Below, piece by piece: positions 39,240 to 52,254 of a stretch of 64,000 nucleotides of DNA. The notes under the pieces were generated by a model, which saw nothing but the letters and a program-made list of their open reading frames with translations, was not told the DNA's origin and searched no databases. How positions within the stretch are numbered: the stretch's first letter is position 1; the number at the start of each line of letters is the position of its first letter. Both the position numbers and the translations under genes were made by a program. The stretch comes from Tubiluchus corallicola (lineage: Eukaryota; Animalia; Priapulida): assembly GCA_030141605.1 (NCBI GenBank), contig JAQGDQ010000123.1:372001-436000 (forward strand), in the 5' to 3' direction.

Positions 39240-42200
39240 TCAGTATTGATACAGTGTCTCTATCAAGCTGTGACGTTGTTTTGTGAATGCATCAAGAGTT
39301 TTTGAAGGCCTGCAAAAACCGCAACATAATTAATATAAGTGTGGTACGGTGGTAATATAACTATAGTATTAATATAAGTATGGCATTTGGTGGTATGTGC
39401 TAGCTTCACAACCCCATGCTATGCTTCAGCGAGTAAGCAACTTTGAGTTTATGCATTCAAGTTCACTACAGTTTAAGAAAAAAATGAGCCTTAATTTACT
39501 AAAAAATATACTCTATATTTTCTTACTCAATTTTGCTTATAAAGTGACATTAGTTTTTGACACAGAGCAGCTCCTTGCAAATAATTCCATTGTGCTGACG
39601 CTACTACTGGTGGACTTCTATTAGCATTCATTATGATGTTAGACTGTATCACTAAAACCAACAAGACTGCCTACCTTCCCAGAAATGTTTGAAGAATTTC
39701 TCTGCTTGTCTTTGGATAATATGGTTGCTTAACGACGTGTTGCAGAACTGTTAGTGTTCCTTGTAGATTGACAACTGGTTGAAAATTTTTATCCTCGCTC
39801 TGCAAAAAGAAATGGTACAGCTCTATCTCTTCTAATAATTACTTAAATTGGTTGACTTCACCACAAGAATTCTGAGAGCCATTACACATTCATTTGGGAT
39901 GCTGTCAACAAGTATTTACTTCTTGAGTAGACCACGGGTTATTTGCAGCTTGGCATCATGGGTATATAATAAATATGTTATTAAATTCTTTGGAAGTGCT
40001 ATGCTGTAATGATTGTTGTGGATGTATTTAATAAATAATAAATAAATGAAAAGTATAACAGTTTTGAGTTTTGACGACAATATTGTGATTTGCTGAATGA
40101 TATTGTGATACGCAAGACGTATTCATTAAATTCTCCATTTGAATCAAACTAAGAAAAACGAAAATAATGATTAGCCATGTACAAAGCTTCAGTATAAACA
40201 TAGGAATTACAAATGACAGTCGTAAATTATTAAACTAAATCAGTACCTTTATTAAACCCAGATGCACTAACAATGAGTTCGAAAATAACAAGCCATCTAG
40301 TTCCTGTTCTTGAAACGCTTTGCTAAACAGAACATCTGAAAACAGAAAAGCTGTTAATAGATTATAAACACATTGTAAAAAACTCAAGGCAGCCATTTTA
40401 AACAAAGAAAAACAGCTAACAAATAGCATAAAAAATGTAATGCCTTTATAGCCTCAATGATTTTACATTCTTATATAATATACAAAATAGAAAAAATATA
40501 TAATCATTGAGACTGTAAAGGGTACTACGTTTTTTATGTTAAAGATGACAAGTCTCAGGAGAGCTCTCATATTTTCAGTCCTAACAAATACATTGTAAAT
40601 AAGGTAATCAGTACTTCATAGACCCTGGTAACAAGAGAAGAAATTTTTGTTGGTTATGAAAAACGATTTCTTTCTAATTTAAACTCTAATAAGTAAGAAT
40701 AAATGATGAGAGAAACAAAAGGATAGAACAGTGTAGTAGATACCGTACAGGGTGCGTGGAGTCAGTAACCGAGACAAGATTGACTACCATTTACTGGACA
40801 ACAACAGTCAAACTGTCACCACCTGCAAAACTTAATTTAATCCAACGAGTAACAATAGACAGACGTATTTAAATGATCAAACAGGTTCACTGACCTGTGG
40901 TATCAATGACAGCTTGATAAACATTTGGATCTGTCCCACCAGCTGTTGAAGACAATTTCATAAAAACTGAAACAACTGTGTCGGATTCGTCAAGTTTTTC
41001 CTGAAGCAGAAAAAATTGCTGAGTTAGGTGCCGAGAGAAAACTACTGCAGACAAAGTGCAAAGACTACCTACAGCACTAATTACATAGTTGTACGAACTA
41101 TACAGTGGGTGCTTTAATTAATGAAATTAAATTTACAGAATCTATTACATTCTCCGAATTCTACTTTACAGAGCAAATTATATAGATTCTTGCGTTCTCA
41201 TCATCCCAACACTGAGGCTTGTCTTTCTTTCATTAGCCTTATCATCGTTCATTCTATTCTTATAGTTCTACAGCAACATCGAACAGATCATAACCAATTT
41301 GTCACACCCTTTCTCACACTCAGTTTTCAACAAGTTACATAACCGGCTCAGTTTTGTTGTTATCTATAGAGTAATTATTTTGTAATTGGTAATGGAATTC
41401 GTAAGTGATGAATTTACTTTCTGAAAGGCTTTAAAAGTTTTATTCTGTTAGCCAATTAGCATTTGATTAATTACCTGTATACTTGTTTAATAAATATATA
41501 AATGTACTTGTGAATGTAAGGTTTCTTTCTCACTTAAAAATATACTTTAAACTAGTTACATAGTTGCTTTACCACTAAAACGCTAATTACATTAACTCCA
41601 TAGCTCTTTCATTACTAATACTAATAACTTGAAAATTTATGCAAGATTGCAAATAAAAAGTGAGAATTACAAAGATTTATAAAAAGCCATGTATATGAGT
41701 ATATTTGAGTGTGAAGTCGATGTGAATTAACCCGACTGCAGAAAACTGATTGGTTTACAAATGATAACTAAATGAACGTAATATTTTAGTATTTTTCATT
41801 ATTTTGTAAGACATCATCACTTTTATGTGCATTATGTTAGAAGTTGACAGGTAAAACCTTTTCAGACAGTCATTTTGTGAACACTTAAAAAATTAAAAAA
41901 ATTGTATAAATAACATCAGCTTGTGCAATAACTTTGAAGGTAATAATCCACCGTTTACTACCTAATAGAAAATTAAAAGATGGCATGCATATAATAAACT
42001 ATAAGCATCAGATCAAATCTGAATTAAATTTACAAACGTCTAAGATCCAAATAAACAAATTAAACATATGCTTGCATATTTGAAGTTGTTAATATACGAC
42101 TGTGCTATATACAATTTTAAGTTTGATTCAACTTCAAAACTTTAGTGCATATAATTATAAACACATATCTTGATAGTTAATTCTAACTTGTCCACAATAC

Positions 42201-45200
42201 CCACCATTGAGAATGCTAATTACACAGAACTATTATATAGATGCTGCACATAAAGCATGCAGCAGGAAACAGATTGACAATGATTTGAATGCAAATCGAA
42301 AATTTGCAAGCAAAATTTTTACCTTTGTGATTTTTCATTAATTACACTGAAATTCAGGTTACTAATGAATTATGCAGATTCGGAATTGTTTTCAAATTGC
42401 ATTATTTGAAAGAAATAAGGATATGAAATTTTACGCAGTGATCACAGAATATATTAAAACACACAATTATCAACTAATGTCTGTTCTGTTACAGAATTTG
42501 CATATAAAATATTGCATAAAAAATTAGATAACTAAAAATTGCTAGTCATAGTGACCTGATTGTACAACTGCAAAGTACTCAGTGTTTAATAACTTACACC
42601 AATGTGATTGATGATCTTTTCCACACGATCATCTCCAAGACCCAGCAGTCGAGCAGCTGATGGTGACTTTAGGAATCTCTCCACAGTACAAGACTCGGCT
42701 TGTACCTGTAATAAACAAAATTATATAATGCATCTCACTTAATACGAAGCTGCATTCATTACTTGCACATCTATGAGAAAATAGTTTGAAATTACAACTT
42801 TTAACTCAATCAATGTGAATAACAACATTAAGGATTAGTAGCAAGTGTGAATTGCTTTAGCGTCACTCTTTACTAGTATAGTCGAGTTGCCTTAGCGTCA
42901 GTTTTTTGGTAGTATGTGTAAATTGCCTGAGCATCAACTTTACTCATTAACTGCAGCATTAAGCTTGAAATCAGAGGCTGACACACACACAAAAAACTAC
43001 TATAAAACAGATCATAAATGCTCACTACAGCTTCCCATATGCAATATACATTTTGAAGTATGAATGAACATTTTGAATGACGAGAAAATTTGTCATTTCA
43101 AAATATTTTGAAAATTTGAGTTACCACACTTATGTCTATGTAAATGTTCCCAGCAGTTTATCTTGGCTTAATCCAGTTTCGTATGTATACGTTTTCCTTT
43201 TTGCAAATTAATAGGATGTAGAATAAACAATTCCAAACGTAAAGCATTTTTTCGTATATCCAAAAACTGCTATATGTTAACATTCCGGATGGCTAAATTT
43301 TAAAACTGTTTCGAAAAGCAATCTTGTAAAAAGCATTTGTAAAACTGATACTTTTTCGCCTAAAGAAACATTGTTCAATGTGAGTATGAAGAATCAGGTT
43401 CAGAAAGCACTGGAGAAGACAGGGGGCCGGTTTCACACAGTCACTAAATTAATGTCATTACAATCACTAAACCAATTGTAAGACGTTGTTGACTTAGTAA
43501 CGGCTTTATGAAGCTGAGCCTTTGTTGCTTGAAAACAAATATAGTATAAAGGTGAAAACAGAAAAAAACAGAATCAAGCTAAATACGATAATACACGAGC
43601 ATTATGATGTAGAAGTTTATTACAACTCAACTAATATACATGAGTTCAGGGACCTTCAGTCATGTAAATAAAGTGAGACAACAAAAAATTTGTGTGCGGT
43701 AAGAGTATGTACGTACGTACGTTAATACTTTGGTGATACATTCTTAAAAATCATTAGATTTTTCTTTCTAGTATGCATATACACTTATGTATTTCATTAT
43801 TCCCAAAAGCTACTATGCAAACATTGTTCAGTTATTTACAAATGCATTTATTTAAAAAATGCATAATTAAACTTAATAAAACCAAAATATATTGTGTACT
43901 TACCTGACATTTTAAAAACAATTAAGAACATTTAAATTATTTACAGCTGGATAAACTAACTTTCTTCCATTACAGAGTAAGATGTTGGAAGTATAATAAA
44001 ATGGTTGCTTCAGTATTCGGTATTCAAAATACTGCTTATTGATATTACAGTCTAAGGCAGGGCAAAGTGTACAACAATGATGCATTGCTATCTATTAAAT
44101 AATTGCAAACTTCCAGGCAGTGTAATTACATGTACTGAAATTCGTTAGAAATTTTGATTACCCGAGTTGCATAAAATTGTTGAAAAGAAGAAAAGGGTTT
44201 TATTTCTAACGTAATCTTAGAAATCAAAAAAGGCGCAATAAGTATATATGGCACTTGGAAATTGTTTGCTCTAGTTAAAAGATTTTACGACATATACAGA
44301 CTACTCTAGCTTTATTGGTGCGCTACATCTTAGTTAAGAGCAGTATGAAAACTACTAAACATGGCAATTTCTTTCCTCTAGAAATGACTAACTTGGCAAA
44401 CATATACAAAATTTTCTGTACAGTAATCTGTTGAGCAATACCATATGTTACATAAATGTCCTAAGATTCAGAATTACTTTAGTTACTTTGATCACACAAA
44501 TAAATACATAAAATCAGTCAACCAGTGTTTATATTTGGACAGAATGATTACGCTTTAAATTAAATTCAGTCAGTTCAAGCTTCATCATATTTTCAACTTT
44601 TCCAGTGAAGCCGTAAGTGGGTCTTCGTGGCTTATTACCTGGAAAAGATGAAAATATAGCATAAGCCTGGACACTATAATTATATACATGCTTTTTAATG
44701 CTTTAAATGAAATCTGGAAGACAGTACTTATATATATAAGCCAAAAAAGGGCAGAAACTGCTAATAAAGGAGCTAACGGGTAAGGGTTAATAAAATCAAT
44801 AATTTCTCTCATCAGGTCCACTAGGACAACTTTGTGCATGCATTACGAAGAAAAAACAAAACCTGAAGGCAGTCATGGAGAGTCAATTTAATGCCAGCAT
44901 TAGTAAAACAAACAAATAAATTAAATAGGCCTTACCTCTCCACTTTGCTCTCTTTTTAATGGAGATGCATAGGATCTAACAGGAATTTCCTCAATTTCTT
45001 CCTCATCGTGATCAGAAACATTTTCGTCACTATAATTATCTTCCTGTTCCTCGTCTTCTGTATCTGGTGCACCTTCGTCATCGCTGGTGTAAAGTAATAT
45101 GCAAAAAAAATGGAGTAAAGTAAAAAAATACATTAATAATAATTAATTAAGGAAATAATTAACAAATGCAAATACTTTTAACACTGAAATGGAACTGTGA

Positions 45201-48200
45201 ATGGAAAATCCTTTGAACACCCAGAACTCTAAATTTCATATAGTTTATAGTAGTTTATTCTACCATCCCAAGCAAATTACATTAGAAAATATATTACATT
45301 ATATTTTACATTATATATACATTATTTTCTAATGTATACATATAATTAGAAAATAATGTATATATAATGTAAAATATAATGTTACATATATATAATAACA
45401 TCTTGTGTTGCAGAGTAGTCAGATGCTGAGACTTGTAAGTCTACTTGTAAGTCTGCATTATATGTGACTGCTGCAGAAAAAGTGAAAATGAACTTAACAG
45501 GTAGAAGTTAATCAGAATAAGAATTACATAATTCTTTCTTTAGTTGCGCTTTAAATTTGTCAATAGTAGTTATTATCTTGTGAGATTGATGCAACGTTGT
45601 TCTGCAGAAAGATAAATAATATTCATTGTGTCTTGTATTATAATTTGCACTGAGCCTGTCTTATAGAAGGAAGGGTATAGATTATTTTGTGAGAAGCTTG
45701 TAACAATAACAGCCAGGCAACATTCTACACATTAGTAATAATACATAACTAAGCTGTGCATTTTGTCTGCACTTACGATAAACTGGCTAATACGTCAAGC
45801 CTTTCTACAGCCTCCATGATGGCAGTTAACAAATCTATTCCTTCGTCGCCAAAACAGTTTCCTGAAAAAGGTTACATGAACTGCATTATTTCAGAAAAAG
45901 TTAAAAGAAAATGTTAGAAAAAGCTGGTAACAAACTTTTAAAATTTTATTTGAATTATGAAGCTACATTTTCCTAATGCAGATATGTTACAAAGGCAAAA
46001 ATATCGATGTCTGCAGGAATTTGCACGTTTCTTCAAAGTTGTATTACGAAAAGATGAAATTGTTAACAAAATGTAAAATCAAATCAGGAAAGACCAAAAA
46101 AGAAACAACTACAATAACCAATCAGTCATAGTTTTATATAATGTTAAACAAAATCAAAGCGATTCCAAACTTGTCAGCACAATGTTTTTTACTGCAGCTG
46201 TTTTAACAGAACTCTGCCTAGGAAGTAAGAAAAATCCACTTCTATAATGTGTTTACAAAATAATTCTCTAATGACTGCCATACATTATCTGGCCCTAAGA
46301 AACATTATCTGGCCCTAATATTGCAGGGCTGTGGAGTCAAAGCTATGACCATTAAGACTCAAATTCGGAGAACTTAAGCATAAGAAGAAGCCTAGCCCGA
46401 AGATTCACTTGGTAGTGATAAAATGCCACTGTAGCTAAATATTGAAAGTACTGCAAACTATTACTTAAAGGTAGGCGTCGGAGTTGGACCTTCCAAAATT
46501 TTAAGAGTCAGAGTTGGGATTTCAACATACCAACTCCACAGTCCTGTCCTTTTGCTTCTCTGGGCAAAAAGCTGCCAGCAAAAAAGTAACAAGAAAGTGC
46601 ATTATAGCAAACAGCTCAACTCAACTCACCATTCAGATCTAACCTCTCAATCTTATCTTTATTCACCATGGCTTCAGCAATGGCTACACCACCGGTCTGG
46701 TCAATTTCATTATAAGCCAAATTTATTTCTCGTAGATTTAAATGGCCTTCGGTTAGCGCCTCTGCAAGCACCGATGAACCGCCACCTCTCAGTAAACAAT
46801 CACCCAAGTTTAGCACTTCCAGCGCTTGCATGTAAGACAAAGCCTAACGTAAATAAATAAGTAAATAATATATAAATAATCATAAATGAACAAATAAATC
46901 ATCAAGGCAGCAGATAATATGTGCTGAGAACACTTGAACAATTAGACATGACAATGAAAATTAAGGTAAACCATTACAGCCTAAACAGTGGAACACATAA
47001 TTGAGTAGCCATTTATGATATCATTCTAAAAAATTCTATTATCACATCACCTTAGCCAGTTCTTTGGCACCTTTCTCCGTAAATGTGTTGTCGTTCATAT
47101 TGAGAATTCGTAATTTTTTATTGCAGGAAAATGCATCGCAGAGTGCAGCAATACCAACGTGGTAGATACCATTCTGTGGCATAGAGATTTCTTCCAATGT
47201 CCCAATAGCCTTTATTGTACCATAAAAAATACATGTTAATATATAGAAATCATTATTCTGCAGTCAACCAAAAGAAATTCATGATTAGAATCACAAGTTC
47301 ACTTACACAAATAATAATGAAGTTAATTACAGCCTATAACTATAGTCACCCTAACTATCTTTCAAACAAAGAAAGCAACGTCACAAAGTGTTATAGAGGA
47401 TATACAATCTAGAGTACTATAGAAGAGATACATAAATCAATATACAATCTGAGGTGACTATCTAACCTTAAAAGCTTCTGCTAGAGCCATTGATCCTTCA
47501 TTCTCTAATCGATTGCGCCCAGCGATAAAAACCTTCAGTGCTAGAGGACGTCCAGCTTCTGTGCTTTTTTCATGGCATTCTAATAATGCCTTTGATAAGA
47601 CCTAAAAACAACGAAAATGATTCCATAAAGAAAGTCGATGTATTTTATGCAAACTATTACTAAATAAAATGCATCACATACATAATGTATATTCATATAC
47701 AATAGTGACCAGACGGCTTGAATTTACAACAATTGTTAAAAGTTAGAAAATTGCACAACAGTTTAAATAGACTCATTCATTAGGAATTTTAACCTTTAAT
47801 ATCATCTACCTATTAAAATTAAGACATAAAAACAGGTCTTTGGCAGTTTCCATTGCCACTACATGTTGGTCAAAGATCTGTCATATTGCACAACGAAAAT
47901 GGCAGCAGAAGGGATATCGAAATATCTGTTTTTGTGCTAATTTTACACATTGCAAATGGCAACAGAGACTGTCACAAGATCCGTTTTGTGTCTTAATTTT
48001 AATAGGTAATGTTAAAATGCAATTTGAATGTGTGTACTTATAAATGCATCGTGGTCTAGTACCATTCACATACCTTTCCTCCACTAATGCCTAATCCATT
48101 GTTATTAAACCGTAAGATCTCTAAAGAATATCCACTCTCGCTTTTTAGTAGTTCTACAATAGCATTGACGCCGTCGGCACCAAACGCATTGTCACTAAGA

Positions 48201-50346
48201 TCTAATTCAACCAGATGGGCTCCAGAGGCTATGATAGCACTACCTAGATCCCTCTACATACAATATAAAACAGCAATGATAAGATAATACAATAGACACA
48301 GAAAAAATAATACAACTCAATGTCTTTCAAACTGTATGTTGTTTGTATGGACAAAATTACAAGTGAAATGCCAATCACTAGTTAAATTGCTAGTTACGGT
48401 CGAATCCCAGTAATATGATTCTGCTTAAAACGAAACTCTGGGGAGTACTACAAATTTATTATGTCCCTGCCAAGCTTATAATAAAACCTATGAAATCACT
48501 TATGGTTAATACGAAACTCGTTATTGCAAAAACACCATTTATACAACACTTTCCCAAATTCCCGCCAATATAATTTTAATACAAATAAATATTTTAATAT
48601 GATTTCTGCTACGTCTTGCCCGTCTAGACTCTAGACACTCTTCAGCTGTTGGAACGGTAACCACCGCCACAAGTTTTTTACAACCATTATGCATCATAAT
48701 GCAACATTTTGCCAGAGAGAGTGCAAATTTAAATGACTTCATTACAAATTTACTTGCAAAACTGTAAAGTTACTGATTTCTATAAGACAGTAATAAAATG
48801 TGAGTGAGTTAATTACAACACATTTTTCCTTTGAAGGATTTTTTCGGGTTAAAATTTTTTACAATTTAAAAATTATTAATCACTGAAATGAGTGTACAGA
48901 CAACTACCTGCAGTCAAACTGTTGGTTTCCAAAATGCCTTCCCACTGTGATAAAAATTTGCCCTTATAGTTTAAAACTAGTTCTTCTAACTGTCTGCCTT
49001 CCCTTCCCTTCGTTTGCATGTGTCCAATTGTAATACCATAGCAGCGGCTATAGTAAAGTTTTGTTGTGTAGGTGGCATTAACATTGTGATGTCCAGTATA
49101 TTATAGACTATACATTCATGGTATTAACATACCGAAGACTAACCAGAGTAACTGATTGGTAACACACTGAATCGTTGATACAATTTTGCAGTTTGTACTC
49201 ATGCAAAACATGGGGGGGTAAAGAAGCTTAAATTATGCTGCCTGACAAAAGACCGATGAACAGATGTCATGTCCGTTAACTGCTATTTTGTATTAGAAGT
49301 AAAAACACGTGTAACAGATAGCACGAAACCCGCTTAATATGAGAAAATATTTTGGTTCCGTGAAAATCGTATTAACGGGATTCGACGTACTGGCTTCTCA
49401 AATATGCACATTATTAAAGATTGGTACAAAAATAATCAAGGTTCTAAAATTTGTTGCTAATTACCTATATACAAAATGTGGCTACGAGCTGTATCTACAT
49501 GTGTGGCTGTACAACACATGTAAGTAGCTTTGCTCTGTGTGTCCTCTTACAGACTTACACATCTTTATAATAAGTGCTAATTATGTAGTGTGTTTGTAGT
49601 TGTGTTGTATTGTGTTTTTTATTATTTTATGCTTTTTATATACTAACAAATATGGCACAAACTAAACTAAACTAAACTAATAGCTGTAAAAAACGATGAC
49701 GATGACGATGATGACGACGACAACGACGACTTACACATCTTTATAATAAGTGCTGATTATGTAGTGTGTTAGTAGTTGTGTTGTATAGTGTTTTTTTATT
49801 ATTTTATGCTTTTTATATACTAACAAATATGGCACAAACTAAACTAAACTAAAATAGGTTAATGCTAATAGCTGTAAAAATAATAACGATGATGATGATG
49901 ACAACAATGAGTTTAAATATTAAAGATTACCAGTGATGGTGGTATTTCTGATCGAAGTCGGCCTGTAAACATATCGCTCCACAGCGCCCTCTGGAATGTA
50001 GAATGTGATCTCAGTGCACCCGCAATTGCTTTTGCTGCATCTACGCCAACTGTGTTGCCCTCCAGTTTTAGTGCCTTCAATGAATGGCATTCTCGAATTG
50101 CCTTAACAACTTCTTGAGCTAGAAACATCAACTATGATTCAAAATGAACTCACAAAAATAAGTCTGGTAAATTAATAACTGAATGTTACAGGCCAGAACA
50201 AGACATCACTCTTACTCACCATCTTCGGCTGTGTCTAGTTTAAGTCCTCGACCGGAAAAACTAACAATTTCTGTATCAATGTCCACTGATACTGTAGCGT
50301 GAGCCAACTGTTCTTCAAGGTCCTTCACTTCTGATTCAGCTGACAT
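39240..50346 (-). CDS. RANGAP1: Ran GTPase-activating protein 1, long isoform (~577 aa)
   Basis: Exons 50346-50220, 50118-49931, 48253-48074, 47601-47467, 47209-47051, 46843-46630, 45861-45777, 45083-44936, 42705-42598, 41000-40895, 40335-40247, 39799-39675, 39309-39240; 1734 nt. LRR motifs ([52 protein letters not shown]), an acidic linker, and a C-terminal domain with the SUMO motif GLIK|SED and RHSLIETLY. Confidence 0.97.
43423..43520. mobile_element. ~100-bp MITE, copy 1
   Basis: gccggtttcac...cactaa / ttagtaacggctttatgaagctgagc; an inverted homolog lies at 56431-56538. Confidence 0.6.
44585..44638 (-). CDS. RANGAP1: Candidate alternative terminal exon of RanGAP1 ([17 protein letters not shown]), giving a ~429 aa short isoform
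   Basis: Strong acceptor (atattttcatcttttccag) in phase 0 after the acidic exon ending 44936; NES-like L-xxx-L-xx-L-x-I followed by TGA TGA; AATAAA on the minus strand at 44316-44311. Confidence 0.6.
   Translation of the reverse strand, partial: VISHEDPLTASLEKLKI
45296..45382. repeat. Perfect 38-bp AT-rich inverted repeat with 11-nt spacer
   Basis: acattatattttacattatatatacattattttctaat (45296-45333) and its exact reverse complement (45345-45382). Confidence 0.9.
46324..46546. mobile_element. hAT-like MITE
   Basis: TIR CAGGGCTGTGGAGT / ACTCCACAGTCCTG with internal GAGTC(G/A)GAGT repeats; no clear TSD. Confidence 0.6.
49552..49910 (+). repeat. ~176-bp tandem duplication ending in (AAACT)n and (GAT/GAC)n tails
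   Basis: gacttacacatctttataataagtgct... repeated at 49552 and 49728; LINE-tail-like. Confidence 0.85.
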
Positions 50347-51989
50347 AACTGCTTACAAGTTTCCTAAAATGTGAAAGCAAAACTTAATATTGCTACTGTT
50401 TAATTTAAATAAATTTTAAGGAAGCTACCGATTTGCTCGCAAATACGGCTGTCGCGTTTATTAATTCCTAAAGTTTGTTAAACGTTTACACGATACTTGC
50501 CAAAAGAAATGATTCCTTTTACACAACAAAAAGAGTTAAATTTATGCATTTAGGGAAGGGGAGATGTAAGTAACTGTTTGAGTCATAGGAACGAATTCAC
50601 CAAATTCTACTCACAGTAACTACTCATCAAATTAGTTAAAATCGTCGAAATCGTCATTACATGTACTTTCATCTGTATCATTTAGCTTGAAAAGCACAGC
50701 ACATAGTGACTCTAGCATTTATGATTATTTATCATCACCGTGACTCGATTGATTAGTATCGGTTACAGCAACCCATGAGAAACGTTACTACACATACGGT
50801 GAAATACTTGGAACACGCTTTGAGTTTGTTTTGTTTTTCTGATATGTTAAATCTAACATTGATCCATCCGTAGTCACTCCTTATTAAACTGCGGTTTTGG
50901 CACATAATGTGAAACTCATGAATCAATTTATACAAGAATTTTCTTCACATTGCACTGTCCAGGTTGGAAATTATAAGTGCGAGAACCTTGGAGTAGCTGC
51001 ACATGGCTTAGCTTATCAGTTTGATTTAGAAGCAAGTTGAAGAAACAAGAGTAGGCGGGCAGCAGCAAGTATACTTAATACAGTCACCACATTATTGGTA
51101 GCATGTGACATCATTTCAGAAGTAAGCTAAAGTGAAACTGTTTATTGTTTACAAAAATCAGAAAATGTTTAGAGGGACTAAACTAAATGCTCCATTTTAT
51201 ACATGTAAACGTGACCTGGCTGAAGTTTTCATAGACAAATGGACACAGTCTGCGGGGCAGTTCTTCTGGTAGTGTTTTTTTTTTACTTAAAATGTTTATT
51301 CTCAAAATTTTAATGAGAAAAAAGTTTAAATGTTTTCCTCTCATTAGTACTAAAAAAACAACAAAACGCTCCACATCCTAATACTCAAAGTTACAATACA
51401 ATTATCTGAGAGCACTATGGCTTCAACTGTGCGAACACTCCCCTCTGTCACATTGGTTACATCTTCCTTGTGATGTAGGCATTACCATTTACCGTGCTTC
51501 CCTGTTGTAGTCAGCTATAATGTTACCTCATTAAGCTGATGAGTTTGTTGCTGTGAAACTTTTTTACTGTTTTCAATAAAATAGTTTATTTTAGCTAAAT
51601 CCGTGCAGTTCTAGTGTTTCTTGTTAATGACTCTACAATTATTACTTGAGCCTTGAGGTAATATTTTTTCCGTGCGCCTGTACATGCTGCAATTTGTCAT
51701 TACGTACTGCGTCGTATACGAAAAAGTGGCAGCAGCAGAACGTCAAGCTATAATTGTAGATATCTCTATATACTTTACTGTACGCTATCTACTGTAACTA
51801 CTTTATGAACTTTGTATTGGAGATGAATACCCTTTTTGAACTGAAGTGAAAAAATGGAGGTCTCCAGTACAGTGACAACTAACAAAACTTGTTCAACCCA
51901 CTCGTATCAAAAATAAATTACAGCAATCACATTATATAAAAACAATAAACCACGTTTTATGAATAGTCGGGTGTGTCTACAATATGTAA

Positions 51990-52254
51990 TTAGAAATTAC
52001 CACATAAAGTCAGTGAAAAGAGCAAAAAAGTGTAAATTAATTTTCAGAACTCCGCTTTGCTTTTCGCGGTCACGTGCTAATGTTGTGCGTAGCCTGCTGC
52101 CACCTAACGATTGTATTAAGACTAATTTTTGTACATGTTACCTCCTAGTAGGTGGCCGTACTGACCTTTCGAGCTTTCTGAGCCTTTCTTATACAAACGA
52201 CGTGGAAATGAAAAACAAGGGGAAATGATGTTCGTGAATGCTTTTTTCTAGCAA
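51990..52254. promoter_or_regulatory. Putative bidirectional promoter RanGAP1/DNTTIP1
   Basis: The RanGAP1 ATG exon has an acceptor at ~50364, so it needs an upstream exon; a candidate minus-strand donor lies near 51988. The DNTTIP1 first exon ends at donor 52293. The CpG-enriched core contains the E-box GGTCACGTG at ~52068-52076. Confidence 0.5.

Noticed and set aside
51530-51570. CTGATGAG...GAAAC hammerhead-like core
   Set aside because: The intervening GTTTGTTGCTGT cannot form helix II, and there are no flanking helices.
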